Shown in pieces: positions 58,612-64,000 of a stretch of DNA of 64,000 nt (position 1 is its first letter; each line of letters begins with the position of its first letter). The translations under genes were made by a program, and so were the position numbers. The notes under the pieces were generated by a model. The model searched no databases. It was not told where the DNA came from and worked only from the letters and a program-made list of their open reading frames with translations. Source of the DNA: Tubiluchus corallicola (lineage: Eukaryota; Animalia; Priapulida); assembly GCA_030141605.1 (NCBI GenBank), contig JAQGDQ010000089.1, positions 248,001-312,000 of the forward strand, in the 5' to 3' direction.

Positions 58612-60699
58612 GTCATATTGACGCAGATCAAAACATACACAAACCATATATAAGTCTTCCTTTCTAAATTCAATTGATTTTTTTCTGGTTTTCTATTACA
58701 ATCAAAAGTTTAGATTTTGCTTATTTTACAGTAATGCTTTAGTCTTTATGTAGAAATTTGTAAAATGAAAACATACGTATAAAAATAAAATTATAAAGCT
58801 AGAAGAAAACGCCAAAAGAAACATAACGATTACATAATGAGAGATTCCCAAAGCAACACTGAAAGTCATTAAAAAATAATAACACGTGATGTATGAATTC
58901 ACGAATAATAATAAGAAGATGCTACATTGCATCTTAGGTAATGCTTCACGTTGGTCGTAAAGAGTTAAGCAGACGTAAATGTAACCGTTCATTGGCCCCG
59001 CTACTCAATAGGGAGTTGTTTTTTTCTACGCTTATTTAGATGATCTTGTTTTCCTAACTTTTAAATTTCAGCCAGCGCGCATCTTGTAAAGGCGTGTTGC
59101 AGCTGTGTGTGGAATGCGTGCTCGCACGGTAAGTATAAGCTACAGTAAGCGCGAGATTTGTGCATGCGTGATTAGGCATAGATGTTTCCAAACTGAAGAA
59201 TGACATAGGAGATGTGCACGCAAAATTGCAGTGCAATTGGCATGTGTAAGACCGAAGCAAATCCAGTTGCGTTAATACAATCACACCATGCACGCAGTTA
59301 TGCACGCACGCGTGTAAATCTTGCACACCACGTAAAACATTTAGTGCAGGGATTTCTCAGAATTTACTGATTGCTGAAGAAGCACAGGCTTGACACCGAA
59401 CATCGTAACATTAGGGTATGTTGTGCAATTTGAACTTTGTTGTTGTTAGTAATCACCAATAGAACACAGATTACACGTGTTGCTCGTAGGCAGCGCCACG
59501 TGTCCTGCATTAAATAAAGTAGAAAATAATCAAATTCTGGACTTTTCTTCACAATTATGCAGTTTAAATGGATCAGTATCATCGCCGTCAAAATGACCAA
59601 ATTTATTTCCCTTTTTCCTTTTGCAATTTAGAGCATGGCTTATCCTCATGAATACGCCTACACCATGATATATAATGCACCCCGTTATGGCAAGTAGAAG
59701 GTTAATCTACATCTTGCAGCTGAAGACAGAAAGGATACAGAGGCGCGTGCCTTTATAAACTTCTTAGCCTAGTTTTTCTTTAGTTTTTCCACAAATCCTG
59801 CCGATTCGTTTCAACTATGTAGGTCAAAGCGAGGAAACGCGAATTCCGAATCTGATCCGGTCTCCGCGTTGTCTTCACGATGCCATTGTACAGGGACAGT
59901 TGCGTGACAGGCGAACAGACAAACCGCCTGTGTACATAATAGACAACAGCAGATAGAAACCAAGCACATTAAAACTTCAGAAGTTTTTGGAAATTGTGAG
60001 TATTCTAAAAAGACGTATAAGGCACGGCTGTGCAACTATATCTCTAACATAATTAATTTAGACAGGGCACAAGTTCTCGTCCTCATTCGTGGCTGTGGCA
60101 TGATCAGTTGCTAGACTCCATTAAAGCACTGGAATGCCACTAAAGGACTTCGAGGAGATAAAAGTACAACAGAAGGGCTTAAAAATGACCAAGGTTATAA
60201 GTCGTCATACCTATCCAAATGACAAATTACTGGCCTAATGGTGCTTGGTGCTTAGTATTTGCTGAAGCAACAGCTGAGTCTACCTTGAATGCGGGCAGAT
60301 TTAAATGAGATAAAAACAGAGAACGCAATGAGAAAAACCATTTAGTTTTGAGTGAATACCACTTCATATGGATTTATGTTGGATTCCCAATGGGAATGGA
60401 CTCCTCAAAAATTCTGTTGACTTTTAATTCCTGGCAATAGGTCAAAAGAAAAAACACATTAAATAGGAAATACTATTTGATTCAATGACGAAAAACAGGA
60501 TTATATGTACTTGAGAAAATTTTTAAGATAATTTGTACACCACTCTATTATCCAGCTTCAGCAGATTCAGTAGCATTGCCTTCGAGTTATGACTGATGGA
60601 CAAGCTGAAGACGTCACCCCACTACATCAGAGACGCAAAACTATGTCTTAAAAACTTTGAACGAATTGACGTTCTTGAGTAAATACGAGTTCTTCGGCC

Positions 60700-60905
60700 C
60701 GACTCAATGTCACTATGAATTACGTGTACATTCAATGAAACTGTTCCAGGGTTTTTACCATAGTAACACAAGAGATCACTTTTTCACCGAAAAAGTTATT
60801 TCCTTCTGCAATATCTTGCCAGACGATGTGATTAATGCCCAAAATGTTAGTATCTTCAAAAGCAAATTGAGGGCTAAACGTCAAACCCATGTGGCCAGTT
60901 GAATT
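60700..60905 (+). mobile_element. 3' fragment of a CR1-clade LINE ORF2
   Basis: LRVHSMKLF...TRDHFFTEKVISFCNILPDDVINAQNVSIFKSKL matches the CR1 ORF2 C-terminal pattern RGH..KL....R..FFS.RV...WN.LP..VV.A.S...FK..L. Confidence 0.75.
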
Positions 60906-62559
60906 AAGTTTTGAAGGCAAATTTGAAGTATACCAGAGCTATCATTTCCTAACACCCCCTGCACGTAGTATGATGAGTTCGCTGATTATTTGACAGTTTT
61001 AACTGAAGTTATTGAACTAACAATAGTGGGCCGCCTGTAGGCGTTAAGCCGAGCTTTTAGCTGTTACAATAAAAGTCGGCAATATTTTCAATTTTTTCAC
61101 AATTACTATAATTCTGTAATCACCAAACAGGTACCATATACAAATTCTCGTTAAACGCTTTACAAAATTCTTGGTTGCTCTCACCTTGGCACAATGCCAG
61201 GGTAGCAGGAATTGAAAACACGCCAATTAAAATCGCACAGTGAATATTCCCACATCTACGCATAAACCAATCTGCATAAACAGTCAACAAAATCTGGGAA
61301 ACAAATGGCAAATTTATTTTATTATGAAAACATACCAGATTCCAAGAGCTGGCGTGATGGTGCAGATATCTACCACAGATATAATGATGGCAGCATAAAG
61401 CTAAAGACCGGTGGAAATGGTTAAACAAATAGTCACATAGACAACAGTAAAGAAACTTTGAAATAGATCAGAAAATGTGTAAAGAGTGGAAACACAGGTC
61501 TTAATGGAAATTCGAAAATAGCTTCGTTGGCCAATTTGCAAAAAAATCTGTCCAGTTTATGACTGACACATTACATTAAACTCTACCAGACAAACTGCTG
61601 CGCTTTTTAAAGTATAATTCTATAGCATATCGCTGTACAAGGGCTTATTAAGAGAATGGTATAGACGCAAGGCAAAAATTGATGGTAAAAAACGGTGATT
61701 AATTACTGGAAGCCGCGAAAATTGGTCAACGGATGCAATATAAACCTAAATTATCGACGAATACTTCGCATTGGAGTAACTGATTTGATATCGCTTTTTC
61801 ACTGCTGGGTATTTTTGTTATTTCGTAGGTCTCTTTTTCGAAAGGCTTATCATTATTAATATGTAAAAATTAGAAGTAAAAATAGTAATTAGCTATTGGA
61901 GGCAAAGAAAGTTGGTCAACCAATACCTATGAAAAATTAAACAAGCATAAAGCCTATGAAGTTTTTGAAACTTGATGTATTCTATATATTGATAGCTTTT
62001 ATAATTCTTGTTCCACCGCAGATATTGCACAGTCTATTATATTATATTTTCTATTTTTATGCAGGTATTTTGTGAAGAAATATGAAATTTCCAATCAGTC
62101 AACCTATCAATGAAACCACTGATGAGCAGAACTGAAATAACTGACTGTGACACCGCTTTCTAGCTAAATAATTATTCTCCGAATTCCAAACCTCGTTCAC
62201 ACGGTTATTAGAAGCCCGCATTGGGCCACATGCGCATCCTGGCGGAAAACCGCGTACACAGAGGTGGTAAAGATATGAATGAAGACCATAAAGATAGAAG
62301 AACCTGAAAAAAGCGTGGTATGTTCTAGGAAAACCACAGTTCAACATAAGTTTCATTGTAATTCTGATTCCGATGCATGTACATATTAACCATAAACTTT
62401 TTACAAGCAAGTGAATGCCGCACCTGGTGTATATATGGTAGCAATGAAGCCAATTTTGGTGACCTTCGTACGACTTTGTTACAAGACTCACGTAGCCCAA
62501 ATATACTGGCATCAAAAGGAGGCAATTTTGATAATTTCTGATGCATATAAGTGTTTTTC

Positions 62560-62948
62560 TTTTGAGCTGTAAAACATATTTGCATAAACTTTATGTAAAT
62601 CGATCTGTATCGTCTGTAGGTCAACATTCGTTTGCCAATAGAGTTGTCAAGTACTGGAATTCTCTTCCTGGAGATGTAAATGGGTCTCCACTGGTAAATG
62701 CCGTCTGCAGTAATTTATTTTAGTCATAGATTAACGAAAATTGACTTTTTCATAACATTTGCATTTTTGCTGACATATGTTAAGTAGTAATTTTACTATT
62801 TGTGCCTCTTTCGTATCCATTTTAACCTGTCTTGTTTATTACCTGTTTAACCATTTTAACCTGTATTGTACTTATTTTATTGTTTTATGCATTTAATTTT
62901 TATTGTATGTATGGAAACTTTAAAAAAATAAATTAATTAAAATAAAAA
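62560..62948 (+). mobile_element. 3' fragment of a CR1/L2-clade LINE with T-rich 3'UTR and AATAAA tail
   Basis: HKLYVNRSVSSVGQHSFANRVVKYWNSLP, then T-rich sequence ending in AATAAATTAATTAAAATAAA. Confidence 0.7.
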
Positions 62949-63268
62949 GAATACCTAGTGTCAACGCGAACTCTAAAGGTCAATAACTCTAACTGAGCTA
63001 GAAATATTATTTAATGAAAGGCAATTCAACGTGAAAAATAGCTGTTAATCTTTTCTGGTGTTGCCATAATGCCCGGAACATCTGATAGATTATGTGGTGC
63101 TGCCCCTGCTGCTTCCATCAACAATTTTCTCAGTTGGGTTCCTAACCCCTGAAAGGCGAATGAAAACTGTGCACCATTTACTCTATGGCTATTACTCTTG
63201 CGGCTACTACGAGGATATTTTTAGTTCTCTATAGCTCGGAAACCGCAGTGTCAAATTTACTATAGGTT

Positions 63269-63580
63269 TTGGCTTCCCGCAATTTAAAGGTTTCATACAG
63301 TGTTTCCCCATACAAGCTAAGACTATTTAAGACTATGTTGTATATGCTACGCTTTCTAATACAAACTGAGTATCCACGCGCTTGCTCGGGAAGACACCCC
63401 ATTTCACTAGAACGCAAGAGAGGATATCTCGGGCAGCCAAGTGAATGGATCCACCACAGCAGGATAACAACAAATGGTTACAAATTATCTAAGCAGCGGA
63501 ACACACAAGAAGATGAAAGGACCAGAATGGTCAGAGAAGCAATAAAATCAATTCACAGGCTACTGCGTTGCACAAACTGA
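63269..63580 (+). mobile_element. Possible decayed Penelope-like (GIY-YIG) retroelement fragment
   Basis: NLKVSYS and E..RTRMVREAI resemble the motifs that flank and end GIY-YIG domains; the core YIG motif is not intact. Confidence 0.35.
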
Positions 63581-63764
63581 CCATAGTTAAAACCATACAG
63601 GTTTTTCTTACAAGATCACCCTGAAGTAAGGAGCCAGTTTTTTTCAGGTACTATTTATCCTGAATCTAACATCCGTCACTCAGCCGTTTTTATACAATAA
63701 AATTAGCCCTTAAACTCAAGACTAATTAAGTGGTGCCCCGATTAAGAATTCGGCTAAAGTTAAC

Positions 63765-63853
63765 AATTCCCCACACTTAAGAAATTGGTTAGGGTTAGGG
63801 CTAGGGATAGGATAGGGTGGGTTAGGGTTAGGCTATTTAAACTCGTGGGAATT
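63765..63853 (+). repeat. Degenerate (GGGTTA)n core between short inverted repeats
   Basis: GGTTAGGGTTAGGGCTAGGGATAGGATAGGGTGGGTTAGGGTTAGG flanked by AATTCCCCAC and GTGGGAATT. Confidence 0.7.
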
Positions 63854-64000
63854 AAAAATTCCTTCCAAGAATTCTTTAAGAAGTACAACTGCAAGCCAAC
63901 AAATAGGCCTAGATGAACAGAAATAGCGGTATTCACCGTTTATGAAAATGAACTGCCAACAAGGAAGTTGAACCCACTCCTGCTGATTCATACATCCCTC

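Noticed and set aside
59850-59910. Plus-strand CHCTGTV resembling the ADAMTS prodomain CxYxGxV motif
   Set aside because: It is on the wrong strand for the gene and a stop follows immediately.

Overview
AT-rich, intron-rich animal (probably invertebrate) genomic DNA with two convergent spliced protein-coding genes. There is nothing prokaryotic: no CRISPR array, operon, or intact rRNA/tRNA gene. (1) On the + strand is an SH3BP5/Sab (Parcas, Rab11-GEF family) gene: six coding exons traced at 8199-14802, with the 5' exons not found in the window. (2) On the - strand is an ADAMTS9/20/GON-1 family metalloprotease: 35 phase-consistent GT-AG coding exons traced by hand from 58411 to the stop at 21844 (about 1,670 codons). 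They encode a His-rich end of the prodomain, a furin site, the HELGHVFNMPHD catalytic domain, disintegrin-like, Cys-rich and spacer regions, 14 TSP1 repeats and a GON domain. Its 5' exons were also not found. Introns and flanks hold many non-autonomous DNA transposons (pogo/Tigger, hAT, foldback/MULE-like, Helitron-like), decayed LINE and Penelope-like fragments, SINE-like pieces, and mini/microsatellites. I found no convincing new multi-gene system. The best leads are: a tandemly duplicated ADAMTS exon that could still splice in frame, a splice acceptor built from a (CTA)n microsatellite, an intron just after the ADAMTS stop codon, a synonymous-codon echo of the GON C-terminus (YCGRCFP) downstream of the gene, a 5S-rRNA-related SINE-like family, and a very His-rich prodomain. 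All alignments were done by eye and no database searches were run.
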